A stretch of DNA of 64,000 bases from Macrostomum lignano. Its lineage: Eukaryota. The stretch covers positions 62,001 through 126,000 of the forward strand of contig NIVC01000029.1 of NCBI GenBank assembly GCA_002269645.1, read 5' to 3'. The notes beneath the pieces are model-generated. The model was not told the DNA's origin, ran no database searches, and worked only from the letters and a program-made list of their open reading frames with translations. Within the stretch, counting starts at the first letter, position 1. Each line of letters begins with the position of its first letter. Positions 1 through 12,342 of the stretch are shown one piece after another. A program made the translations under genes and the position numbers.

Positions 1-470
1 ATTCTACCACCCATCTCATCAGATCCCTAAACTCGATCCTACCATCTTATCAGATCCCTAAACTCGATTCTACCACCCATCTCATCAGATCCCTAAACTC
101 GATCCTACCATCTCATCAGATCCCTAAAACTCGATTCTACCATCCCAGATCCCTAAAAGTCGATTCTACCATCTCAGATCCCTAAAAGTCGATTCTACCA
201 TCTCAGATCCCTAAAAGTCGATTTTACCATCTCAGATCCCTAAACTCTATCCTACCATCCCATCAGATCCCTAAACTAGATTCTACCATCCATCTCATCA
301 GATCCCTAAACTCGATTCTACCATCTCATCAGATCCCTAAACTCGATTCTATCATCTCATCAGATCCCTAAACTCGATTCTATCATCTCATCAGATCCCT
401 AAAACTCGATTCTACCATCTCATCAGATCCCTAAACTCGATTCTATCATCTCAGATCCCTAAAACTCGAT
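1..470. repeat. Minisatellite, ~27-35-bp variable unit (CATCTCATCAGATCCCTAAACTCGATTCTAC-like)
   Basis: About 15 degenerate tandem copies read directly; array runs off the left edge of the window. Confidence 0.95.
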
Positions 471-1186
471 TACAAATCTTAGATATCTTCAGTGCGATTC
501 CCAAATACCACGTCCCTAAATTCTATTCCAATTTTTTTACAGTGAGACTCTAACAGACAAGACCAAAAGTTAAGGAGCAGGTTTCGAAACAAGCAGAAAC
601 AAGTTGCTTTTCTTATTGACACAGACATCAGGTGTGCTTTCTTCAATAATTATTGTTGACGACAGAAACATTTAAGGAGACTTCAAAGGATTCTGATAGA
701 TAGAAATAGAAATTATCCAAATGAAAGATTCAAGAAAAACGACACCTACAGCTGCACCCAAGGTGCGAAAATTTTGAAAGAAAAACATTTCTCGGAGCAT
801 GTAAACTGCTCATTTATGCATTATAAATCCCAGTATTTTAAAGTTAAAGCGAAAACACCTATAAACAGTCTTTAAGAGACTGTAAAAAATCGAAAAAAGT
901 CATCACGTGACTTTTATTTGCTGGATGCATCATGCTATGCATCAAATGCATCAAAGATAATTCAATGGCAATTAAAGCTAAAAATATGGATTCTACGAGC
1001 GCGTGGATGTCAAAAAGCTATTTGACTACCTGGAACACCGCATGATTTTTTTTCTATTTCTGTATTTTCACTACATTTTTCTTAGCCTTAGTCATTATCC
1101 CTAATTCAAAATATTTTTTCGTAAATTTCTGCGCATATATTTACCACAGGCATCATGCTAATAGCATGCACTCTCCAGTTATCATG

Positions 1187-1408
1187 GAGATGCCAATTCT
1201 CAGTAGGGAAATCGCTGAGATGCCAATTCTCAATGGGGGAATCGCTGAGATGCCAATTCTCAATGGGGGAATAACTGAGATGCCAATTCTCAATGGGGGA
1301 ATCGCTGAGATGCCAATTCTCAATGGGGGAATAACTGAGATGCCAATTCTCAATGAGGGAATCGCTGAGATGCCAATTCTCAATGAGGGAATCGCTGAGA
1401 TGCCAATA
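1187..1408. repeat. 30-bp minisatellite (GAGATGCCAATTCTCAATGGGGGAATCGCT), ~7.5 copies
   Basis: Exact 30-bp periodicity; explains the repetitive ORFs 1106-1477. Confidence 0.95.
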
Positions 1409-1779
1409 GCTAGTCAAAGAATATCGTAAATTACTCAACAACACTTGAGCCCTGAAAGCGACACTTGGTTGTGTCATAAAAATCTAGAAATTTTTACTTG
1501 TCTTTGCTAAATTAAGGGAGTAAGGGATAAATAAGGGAATTTTGTTGACATTTCCTCCGTCACTAGATGCAATACGACGCCAAGAGGACTATAAATAATT
1601 TGCCGATTGCTTTATAACTTAAAATGTAAATCTCTTAAGCAGTTTAGAGCCCGTTACTTGAAGACTTCTTGCAGGTTACTCGCAAATCTTTGATTGCAAA
1701 CTTTCTAATAGTCTCAAAATCTTTCTAACAAACGACACTGCTAATAGTCTGTCTTAATCAGCAACTTTTGACTAAAACT

Positions 1780-1998
1780 AGATGATTTACAGGTCTAGCA
1801 TAGCTTTTTTCACACTTTCACATCTTTCTCACATAGCTACAGTTCGTATCTGCTTACGAAAGTCTAAGACATTCTCCGTAGTAAGTTTAGAGTGGGTGCT
1901 AACTTTGATGTAATTTGGTTGAGCAGTTTGGGAGTAAATAGCGATCAAATTTGTACACAGACAGACGACACCGAGTTTTCATTTTTATAGGTATAGAT
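1780..1998 (-). mobile_element. Possible non-autonomous Helitron-like 5' end
   Basis: Minus strand reads TCTATACCTATAAAAATGAAAACTCGGTGTCGTCTGTCTGTG...CTGCTCAACCAAATT, similar to 9706-9800 (TCCTATATACTAAAAATGAAATGTC...GCTCAACCGATTT). TC start and layout resemble Helitron-N elements; no clear 3' hairpin/CTAG located. Confidence 0.35.
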
Positions 1999-3204
1999 AG
2001 ATAACAGATATTTAGCCACGGGTAACGGCTAAAAGAGATTGTGGGTTTTATAAACACACTGGTAGCTAAGCAAGATGAAAAATCAATGGTCTATGGTCAG
2101 AAATGCCAGTTGTGAGACCCAAAATCGGTTTTATAAAGCTATCCAAGTCTGACATGGATTTTTTTACACATACTGTAGATGGGCTGCTAAATGCAGAACA
2201 CCGCTCTCCACGTGTTTTTGGAAAGGAGGAACTTTCTTATCAACACGGGTTTTTAAAAAGGCTTTTGGGTAAATCCCGCTACTGCAGAGGCGCTGCTGCA
2301 GCAGATTAAAGAACAACTGGCACCGGCAAGCAGGCGAAACTGTGCGTTATCCATAAGACAACAGATTTTAACGACACTTTGGTATTACGCCACCAATGGC
2401 TTCTACCATCTGTTGAGAGATGCCCACATGGACCATCTAAAAAGCTTCTGCGTGTCAAGTCGTTCGGAAAGTCACGAGAGGGTTGTGAATGAACGGAGTA
2501 GCTGACATGGATTAGAATGTTTATTAAATTTGCCCCCAGATTTTCTTTTTAACTTGTCTTTTTAGCTGTGGAACTATGAATGCAGTGGGGACAAAGAAGC
2601 GAAATAAACATAGTCTATGGCACAACTTGTCTAACCACGGATTGTAACAGCGGATAAAAGGAAAAGGATTTTAGCAGTGGTTTATAAAATCGAGTTTTTT
2701 ACCACAGATAAAATCCACGGATAATTAATCCATGGGTAGCTGACATAGATTAGTGTTTATAAAATGTTTATAAAATTTGTTTATAAAATTTTAGATGCAA
2801 GCAACATTATCAGAGACATATTCAGCCATTTTGAATTGCCGAAACATCAGAAAGTCCGCAGAATACCGCCTGAATGTCAAAGGGTGACGCAAATGAGCTT
2901 GGGGTTTATTTTAACTGACAAAACACTCCGCCTTATTCATAGGAAGCAATTAACAGTCTGCTGTCAAGGCTTCTATTGTAAATTTAGGATGCTGGCATCA
3001 AAGCTTTTAACAAAGCTATAGAAATCATTGTCTTCGCTAAACAAAAATAAATCATTCACTAGTGCCAAACAAATAAGCGGGTAAAAGGGCCCACACTAGA
3101 GCTGTCAACAATTTAATCAACGGTTTGTTTTATTAAAATCACTGCGAAAAACACAAGACTGGAAAAACATATTCGAGCCTCAGTGCAGCTGAGATATTTA
3201 TGTA

Positions 3205-3320
3205 TAAGATAATACCCCCCAAAAATTTTTCTTGGCCGAGGCGCAGCCGAGGCCAATAGAAACGAGTCTCGAAGCCGACTTCATGGCCATAGAAAACGTT
3301 TTTTGGGGGTAGTATCGTAT
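3205..3320. other. Imperfect inverted-repeat/hairpin cassette upstream of the tyrosine recombinase (candidate Crypton terminus)
   Basis: ATACCCCCCAAAAA (~3212) pairs with TTTTTGGGGGTAGTAT (~3300); inside is TTGGCCGAGGCGCAGCCGAGGCCAA. Confidence 0.5.
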
Positions 3321-3544
3321 TTAATCTTGGGCATAGACCAGCCTGGGACCCTCCCCAAAATGTGTATATGACCGTAAAGATATTCTGCGAGGCTAAATCA
3401 ATCAATTAATAAACTGAATCAATTGACATGGAAATAGAGCTTCTCAAAACCCACCGGAGTTTTTTATTTCTGAGGAGCTGCTCGACTTCTACGAAGAGAA
3501 GAACGGAGGAGTCCAACGCTTCAAGATGATCACAAATGTCACAA

Positions 3545-4956
3545 AAAGGCCGATTGGGCTATGAGCGTCTTTACTGCATGGCACGAGGCTAAGAAGACTG
3601 CTTGGGCTGATGGAACTACAACTGGCCTAATGGTGATTAAGAGTAGCGAAGAAATGAGCAAAGGCGATCTGAACTACCTGCTCAAGTTTTTTGTATTTGA
3701 AGTGAGAACCCACGAAGGTGAACGATACACCGCATCGACGTTAAAAGACCTGTTTTCTATGACCCAGTACTACTTTCAAAACACATTAAAGAAGGATTGG
3801 AGTTTCTGGAAGGAACCGGAATTTAGCGAGAGTCGAAGAGCATTGGATGCTTCAATGAAGCTGTCAACGAGGGATGGAAAATGTGCCGGACTCCGTCGAG
3901 CTGAAGCCATTCCGTGTTCTGTCGAGGACCGCCTCGGGGCTCCGAACTTCTTGGAGAGTCTACACCTCAAGCTATGTCCAATGCGATTGTGTGGCTTGTT
4001 GGCAAGCATTTTGCTTTGCGTGGTGGTTCCGAGCTCAGAGATTTGCAATTTGAGAAGCAGATTCGACTGGATTGCGTCGATGGGAGAGAGTGTCTAAATT
4101 ACGTGAAAAATTCTGTGACGAAGACGCACCAGGGCGGACTGAAGGAGTTGCGACGGGATCCAAAGGTCGTCCGTGCATTCCATTCTGATAGCCATGGGCG
4201 ATGTATCGTGTGTGTCTACAAGGCTTACATCGCAAAGCGACCTGAGGACTGTGACCAAGTGCTCTTTCTGTCGCCCAATCGGTTCTGGGCGCCGGGAAAG
4301 TCTGGTGGATGGTTCACGAAAACGCCGATGGGCGCCGGAAGATTCTGGAAGGTACACCAATCAAAGCTTGCGGAAGACAACTGCTACCCGACTACACGAC
4401 GCTGGAATTGAACGCGCGAACATTTGTCGGATCACAGGTCATAAATTTTTTATTTTCTTATATTAAAATATTATCTTATACTAAATATTTTTTCTTTTAT
4501 TGAAAAAACTTTCGTATCACAGGTCATAGTAGCAGCGCCGTTAAGCGCTACATTGGCATGTCTGTTGGCGTGCAAAGTCGTACTAGTGCCATCATTGCCG
4601 GGAATTCGACGGGCAAGAGTTCCGATGTCAATGAAGCTGCTCTGGCTGTGGATCTGGCTGCGGAAGGTCCAGAGTCGCTACTAGTGGCTCCCGACGCCAA
4701 GAAAACGTCCCTGGCTGTGCCTCTGGTTGCTGACGGTCCAGAGACGTCTCTGGTGGCTCCTGAGGCCAAGGAAACGGCTCTGGCTGTGGCTCTGGTTGCG
4801 GACTGTCCAGAGACGCCTCTGGTGGCTCCTGACGCTAAGGAAACGGCTGTCGTCGCGCTAGAGAAGGTTGGAATTTCTGTTCCGGAACCGAAAAGCAAGA
4901 GAATGAGAATAGAAGCTGACGGAGTCAACAACAAGGTAGTGATCTATTTCGACTAA
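3545..4956 (+). pseudogene. Crypton-type (DUF3504/ZMYM-related) tyrosine recombinase, disrupted
   Basis: KKADWAMSVFTAW...LNYLLKFFVFEVRTHEGERYTASTL, then a frameshift near 3932; VGKHFALRGGSELRDL (catalytic R)...TKTHQGGL (K)...RCIVCVYKAYIAKRP...WFTKTPMG; a frameshift/deletion near 4332; YTNQSLRKTTATRL (HxxR box, H>Q); ITG|HSSSAVKRY across an intron at 4438-4522 (catalytic Tyr codon 4549-4551); ORF continues to the stop at 4956. Confidence 0.85.
4642..4848 (+). repeat. Three in-frame 69-bp (23-aa) repeats in the recombinase C-terminal tail
   Basis: Units start at 4642, 4711 and 4780 (LAVxLxAxGPExxLVAPxAKxTx). Confidence 0.9.
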
Positions 4957-5269
4957 TGAATATCGTGTAGACTTGAGGCCCGGTCGAAGAAATTACTTTT
5001 TTCTTTCTTGGGCCATGTCGGGGATTAATGGGTGCTCTTTGGCTTTGACAAGCAGCTTAAACTGTGTTGCCATTTACTCAAAATCTCAAATACGGAACAT
5101 CAAAGCCACGTGAAATTGTGACTTGGACTTAAAATAAATACCTAAAAACAACCTCTTAGCCCCCTTTCAAAGCTGTCACTCAAAAACTGAACATTCAACT
5201 TTTAATGTTTAAAGAAACCTTCTTGCTAGTCGACAGCACTGTTCTGCAACTGTGTCTCTTTTTGCTTCA

Positions 5270-5560
5270 AATACATGCGCAACAGTCGGCCGAGTCGGCC
5301 GATCCCGCCGACCGATTTGCCGGTCAACAAGGTAAGTCGCAAAAATGCCCACCCGAATACCTAAGTAGTACTAAGTAGATAACGAGGCACTTTGCGTTAA
5401 TAAGACAGTCATAGTTACTCCTGCCGTTTACCAAAGTTGCGTTAATATTGCTTTAGGGTTTCTTTTACATGTAAGTCACATTTTTGGCCAAAAACTATGT
5501 CGCATTTTTTGTTAAAACTAAGTCGCACGCCGACCGAATTTTGGAGGTTGCGCATGTATG
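5270..5560. mobile_element. MITE with ~14-bp TIRs and 8-bp TSD (P- or hAT-like)
   Basis: ATACATGCGCAAC (5271-5283) / GTTGCGCATGTAT (5547-5559); TTGCTTCA duplicated at 5262-5269 and 5561-5568. Confidence 0.8.
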
Positions 5561-7019
5561 TTGCTTCATGTGTAATATGTTTAATCCGTGTCCTATTTTT
5601 TACTGTTGTCTATGGTAGAAAGCAAATGCAATGGGGTGAAAACATGCCAAAGTTGATAATATCAATGCCATTATAACAAACATTTCAATAAAAAAGGGCC
5701 TAAATTGAAGTAAGTTTGCTTTTTTCGATTAATTATTTCATCCTCCCCTGAATTATTCTACTGCTGAAGAGAGGCACAGAAATTATTTCAATTGATTAAA
5801 TTTGATTAATCACTTAAAATTTGAAATACTTGATGTCTGCTATTGCTTTTAAAATAGTAGCAATTATTAAATCAAATGATTAAATAGCATTTAGAGTTAT
5901 TCTGGTTTGTTTTTTTAAAGCAAGGAAGAAGCACAATACTACTAAATAAGTAGCCTAATACCCTTTTAAATCAACATATATTTATAGCTTCATATATTGT
6001 ATACAATTACGTACTTTCTAATTCATATTTATAAAAATTCAAGTAATTTTTCTTGATTTTTTAGCAATGGTACCACTATTTGCAAAAAGAAAACAATTTA
6101 GTATATAACACTGCTTCTAGCTCTTTAAAATGTGTTAGTTGAAAATACTATATGAGGTTAAAGTTCTCAACAGTCTACTAACAGTAGAATAATATGAAAA
6201 ATCCAATTCAACTCTAATCAAAAACTATATGCATAAAAACATGATATTTTATATATAATACCCCTCTAAAGACATTTTTACTAATTATTATAGTATACTC
6301 ATCAACTTTTAAGAAAGCCAACCTCAAAAGCACTTTTCAAACAAGGGCCACAACATAGCATCCTCAACTATCTATCTACCAAATTACCCATATCATAATG
6401 CCCTTAATAGCTTATCCACCAACTTATTCTTGGTTTTTTGTTTTGGCCAATGCTATCACTTTGCTATGCCTTTTAAAAACATTGATAGGCCTATTCCATT
6501 AGAAAATAAATATATTTATTATTTTATTAAACTAACCTAAAGACCTTTCAGTGTTGGGCACCATTAATGAAAATCTTTAACTTCCATTAATAGCAAAAGC
6601 ATTAGTGTTAAAGCAAAAAATCTTCACTTTTTTACTCTTATTTTGTTAGGTTTACTGAAAGTTAATTGATAATTGTTAATAAGTGTTAATCCGCTACAGT
6701 TAACATAGAAAATATAGACATCTTATACTTTTTTTCCAAAATAAACTACATAATGCATTGTCTCTGCTTTTGCATGTTTTTGTAAAACATAGAGGTCATC
6801 TAAGCAATTTACAAGCTAATTGATAAATACTAATTGTAAAAACTTGTAAATATAAAACTACAAGGCCAACTCCTCTGTTGGAGGAGAAAGGGGAAAAACT
6901 CCCATCACCAGAATTCCATTCCCTGAACTCCATCAGCTGAATCCCATGATCCGAATCCCATCTTCCAAATCCTTTATAAAACCTTTCAAATACCATTTCT
7001 CTGCTGCTATTGTTCAGAC

Positions 7020-7217
7020 TGAGAGTCTCTCATGTCTCCTCTCTACTCTTTGGTCTCTCATCTCTTATTTATCATCATTCATCTATCATCTCTCATCTCT
7101 CCTTTCTGTGATCTCATATCTACTCTCTTCTTTCTCCTCACAACTTTCTCCTCTCTACTCTTTCATCTCTTCTCTCTTCCTTCATCTTTACTCTCTTCCT
7201 CTCTCTATCTCTCTCTC

Positions 7218-7267
<50 letters not shown>

Positions 7268-8025
7268 GCTCTCTCTCTCCTATTTTATCCCCTCTCCTAT
7301 CTCATCTCTCCCCTTTTCTCTTTCCTCTTTTCTCTCCTCTGCCCTCTCATCTCGCTTCTCTTTCCTCTCCCCCTCATCTCTACTCTCTTATCTCTTCTCT
7401 CTTGTCTATCAGCTCTTACTCCCTCCAGTCTTCTCTCTTCTCTCTTATTCCCCTTTCCTCTCCTCTATCCCATCTATTCCCTTTTCTCCTTCCTCTTTTC
7501 TCTCCTCTTCTCTCTTCTCTTCTCTTGTACTCGTATTTCTCCCTCTGCTCTCTCATCTCTCTTCTCTCTCCCTTCTCCTGTTGTTTCTCTCTTTTCTCTC
7601 TTCTTGCCTCGTCTCTCCTATCTCCTATTGTTTTTTTCTGTCATCTTTTATATCTTATCTATTCTCTCCTCCATCCTGTACTCTATTTTTTCTCTCTGCT
7701 CTCATGTCACATATCTATATTCTCTCAACCCTTTTCTTTTTTCTCTCGTCTTTCCTCTTTCCTCTCTATGTCTCTTGTCTCCTGTCTCATCTCTCCTCTC
7801 TTCTTTTTCTTTTCTCTCTCCTCTCTCCTCTCGTCTTTCCTCTTTCCTCTTTTTTCTTCTCTCTACATTCTCTCTTCTCTTCTCTCTCCCTTTTCATTTC
7901 TGCCTCACTCCTCTCTTCACTCCCCTCTGTCATCTTTAATCTCTCCTTTCTCATATCTACTGTCTTTTCTTGGTTTTCTATCATCTCTCCTCTCTTCTCC
8001 TTTCTCTCTACTCTCTTATCTGACT
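7020..8025. repeat. Low-complexity polypyrimidine (CT-rich) tract
   Basis: About 1 kb almost entirely C/T; generates spurious L/S/F ORFs. Confidence 0.95.
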
Positions 8026-9705
8026 GACTGAAGTCGCCAATAATAAAAACATATAATATACATAAACATATGATATATATAAGGCCTGCATTTGAGTTGC
8101 CAGCCATCTAGGAGGAGATATGTGTTAAACCTGGCCAGTTGATCGACCCACTCAGCTTTAGATATAGGATTTATATTAAGTATACAATAAAAGAAGTAAC
8201 TAATTTTTTGAAACTTGAAAGCTAATTATTTAATAATAAAATACAAATACAAAGGTTCCTGTTGTTTCAGTACCATTGTAAGTGCAGCAGAAAGTTACGA
8301 AAGATTAGGAAAGAAGTGAATCAAAGTGATCAATTTTTATGCACAAGCCATAGTCAGGAAGGTGGTCTATTCTGGCGTACAAAAGGGGTCCTTGGTATAC
8401 TTGGCACACAAAAGTGGCATACACTGAGGTCCCCAATGCATGCAATGCACAATTATGGCACACACTATAGTCCTTTAAATATTTAGCACATACTAACATG
8501 ACTTGGTCACTATGCTTTACAACTTGCTATATTTACGCAGTGTATTGAGTTTGAAATTGGATAACATATAGTAAAACAAACTTTTCTATATAATTCTTTT
8601 TAGAAAAATAAGATTTAGTTTAAAACAAAAATGCTCATTTTGTTCCTTTTTCAAATGAATTAGAGCAACTTTTTTAGTTACTAGAATTTATTCAAAGTAT
8701 ATTTATTATCATTTTTTACTTACAATATTGACATAGGGGTTATTTTTGTCCCTAATATAATCTTACAAACTGCCACCAAGTTGTTACAAGGCTAAATTTC
8801 TCTCAATAAAAATCTCTCTTAAGTCCTCAAAGTTGTACTAATAGTTCCTATAATACTTGTACTTTTCTAGATTGTGTACTTCTAGTAGCATATATATCTA
8901 TTAATAGCATATAATCTACTGGTAGTGTATATACATGTACTATACTTCTGGCCTAAGTGGTCTTATGGCACTGGCTATCATATTCCTATATTTTAAAAGT
9001 TTTTATACTCTTGTCCTAGGCATTCCCAGGATCAAAGGGTCACAGCTTACTTGCTAGGCATTCTGCCTTGAGGCGGGTTTCTTAGACTCTAACCTAAGTC
9101 TAGACTATTCTACCCTGTGGGAGGATTTCTACCTTCTAAAGGCAATGTCCTAGATTCTAAATCTGGATGTCTTATTTTCTAACTTTAAGAACAGATTGAA
9201 TTCTCCCAATCTTAGGGCTATTCCTAAGTTGCTATCTACTACTCAAAATAAGTAATATGAGTGAATACAAGCCCTGAGGCTGATTTGACTTTGTCTTACA
9301 TGAAGTAAAAGGCTTTGAAAAGCTGAACTTAGATTAAGTTCAAAATAAGCTTAATAATTTTTTCTTGGCTCTCAACTGGCTTCTTTTTATAGTAAAATTT
9401 CACCTAGTATTTAAAACAAAACACTAATATATATAATATATAGATTATATTGCATACAACTTATAAGAAATATTTTAAATATTCACAAAATATAACAACA
9501 GTAGGCCTAGTATTTTCAATTGCAATTTTTAAAGAAATATTATAAAAATGTAGGCCTAGTATAATATTTACTATCATATAGGGTATAGAAACAGTGCATA
9601 GATGGCTATAAATGGTGCACAGATCTCCCAAAAAATTATTCTGGCACACAGTGCTGTGCCACCTTCCTGATTATAGTGCACAAGCAATAAAGTTCACGAT
9701 TTTAT

Positions 9706-9935
9706 CCTATATACTAAAAATGAAATGTCTATAACTAACTAGCTATGCGATAGATTTCAGAAAAAATGGCTCAACCGATTTTCTTCAAACTTGCACCATT
9801 CGATCAGAAATTTTCCTGGGACGGTAAATGCATTTTGGCTAAGAAATTGCTCAATGTTAAGGGGATTAAATATTCGAAAAACATGCTTTTTTGCAAAGGT
9901 CAAGCCAAATTTTTGACTTGAAATGCATTGTAGGA
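9706..9935 (+). mobile_element. Possible Helitron-like non-autonomous fragment (5' end)
   Basis: TCCTATATACTAAAAATGAAATGTC...AAAAAATGGCTCAACCGATTTTCTTCAAACTT; related to 1780-1998 (-). Confidence 0.35.
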
Positions 9936-10179
9936 ATGCTAGAAAAAAAACTGACTGGCTGAATTACGATCGTGATAAAGATTGCATCACAACAAGTTGA
10001 AAACAGTGCCACAGAAACGCACACAAGACTTGATTGAAATTGCGTAACCATATTGCTAACTTGAATTGAGACTGATACTGGCTGACTGAGAAATTGATTA
10101 TGTCACAACTTTCTACTTCAATTGGCTTGCTGTAAGAATTGAATTATAAGGGCCACAATTCATGTTCTCCAAATGAAAA

Positions 10180-10245
10180 GAGATAGCCCAGATGCGAACA
10201 GACTGGGATGCTAATGTAGTGACCTGGGTTCAAATCTTAGTAGTG
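10180..10245 (+). mobile_element. Degenerate tRNA-derived SINE head
   Basis: A-box-like GATAGCCCAGATG and B-box-like GGTTCAAATC (10227-10236); no cloverleaf. Confidence 0.35.
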
Positions 10246-10315
10246 CAAAAAGATTTTTTTATTAAAACACATTAAAAACACAAAACTGCTACACATAAAA
10301 GAAGCACAATGTCAA

Positions 10316-12335
10316 ACATAGAAGAGCCACCATGTTGAACATTAAAGAGCCACCATGTCGAACATAAAAGAGCCACCATGTCAAGCATAAAAGAGCCACC
10401 ATGTCAAACATTAAAGAGCCACCATGTCAAACATTAAAAAGCCACCATGTCAAACATTAAAGAGCCACCATGTCAAACATATATGTGACTCCATGTCAAA
10501 CATATACGTGACTACATGTCAAACATATACGTGACTCCATGTCAAACATAAAAGAGCCACCATGTAAAACATATTCTTATGACTCTTTCTCGAACATAAA
10601 GAGCCACTATGTAAAGCATTTACGTGACTCCATGCCAAATATATATGTGACTCCATGTCAAACACATACGTGACTCCATGTCAAACATTAAAGAGCCACC
10701 ATGTCATATGGTAAGGAGCAACCATGTCAAACATTAAAGAGCCACCAAGTAAAAAATTAAGAGCCACTATGTCAAACATTAAAGAGCCACCATGTCAAAC
10801 ATTAAAGAGCCACCATATCGAACACTAAAGAGCCACCATGTCAAACATATATGTGACTCCATGTCAAATATATACGTGACTCCATGTCACACATAAAAGA
10901 GCCACCATGTAAAACATATACATATGACTCCATAACAAACATTAAACAGCCACCATGTCGAACATTAAAGAGCCATCATGTCAAACATAAAAGAGCCACC
11001 ATGTCAAACATTAAAGAGCCATTATGTCAAACATTAAAGAGCCACTATGTCAAACATTAAAGAGCCACTATGTCAAACATTAAAGAGCCACTATGTCAAA
11101 AATTAAAGAGCCACCATGTCAAACATATATGTGACTCCATGCCAAATATATACATGACTCCATGTCAAACATTAAAGAGCCACTATGTTACACATTAAAG
11201 AGCCAACATGTCAAACATAAATGTGACTCCATGTCAAATATATACGTGACTCCATGTCACACATAAAAGAGCCACCATGTAAAAGATATACATATGACTC
11301 CATAACAAACATTAAACAGCCACCATGTCGAACATTAAAGAGCCATCATGTCAAACATAAAAGAGCCACTATGTCAAACATTAAAGAGCCACCATGTCAA
11401 ACATATACGTGACTCCATGCCAAATATTTACATGACTCCATGTCAAACATTAAAGAGCCACTATGTCACACATTAAAGAGCCAACATGTCAAACATTAAA
11501 GAGCCACTTTGTTGAACATTAAAGAGTCACCATGTCAAACATATAAGAGTAAGAGACTTTATTTTAAATATAAAAGAGCCACAATGTTGAGCATTAAAGA
11601 GCCACAATGTAAAACATAAAAACGACCATTTCGAACATTAAAGAGCCACAATGTCGAACATTAAAGAGCTACCATGTCAAACATTAAAGAGCCACCATGT
11701 TGAACATTAAAGAGCCACAATATGTAGAACATTAAAGAGCCACAATTTCAAACATTAAAGAGCCACCATGTCAAAGATTAAAGAGCCACAATATGTAGAA
11801 CATTAAAGAGCCACAATGTAGAACATTAAAGAGCCACAATTTCGAACAATAAAGAGCCACCATGTCCAACATTAAAGAGCCACCATGTTGAAGATTAAAG
11901 AGCCACAATATGTAGAACATTAAAGAGCCACAATGTAGAGCATTAAAGAGCCACAATGTAGAGCATTAAAGAGCCACCATGTAGAACATTAAAGAGCCAC
12001 AATTTCGAACAATAAAGAGCCACCATGTCGAACATTAAAGAGCCACCATGTTGAACATTAAAGAGCCACCATGTCAAACAATAAAGAGCCACCATGTCAA
12101 AAATAAAGGAGCCACCATGTCGAACATTAAAGAGCCACCTTGTCAAACATAAAGGAGCCACCACGTCGAACATTAAAGAGCCACCATGTCAAACATTAAA
12201 GAGCCACCATGTCAAACGTAAAAGAACCACCATGTTGAACATTAAAGAGCCACCATGCCAAACATAAAGGAGCCACCATGTCGAACATTAAAGAGCCACC
12301 ATGTCAAACATTAAAGAGCCGCCATGTCAAACATA
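10316..12335. repeat. ~2-kb minisatellite of 22-24-bp units (AAAGAGCCACCATGTCAAACATT with ATACGTGACTCCATGTCAAACAT variants)
   Basis: Tandem units read directly; two interleaved unit types with block duplications. Confidence 0.95.
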
Positions 12336-12342
12336 AAATTTA

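Noticed and set aside
540-3060. Short exon-like open stretches (e.g. 665-760, 2103-2309, 2800-2885, 2990-3050)
   Set aside because: I could not build a phase-consistent chain or recognise a protein, and the region has degenerate internal repeats typical of TE debris. RNA-seq would be needed.
6946-8107. 361-aa and 331-aa L/S/F-rich ORFs
   Set aside because: Polypyrimidine low-complexity DNA lacks stop codons by composition.
10316-12335. Dozens of GCCACCATG 'Kozak' sites
   Set aside because: This is a by-product of the repeat unit; the downstream frames are short or repetitive and no gene context exists.
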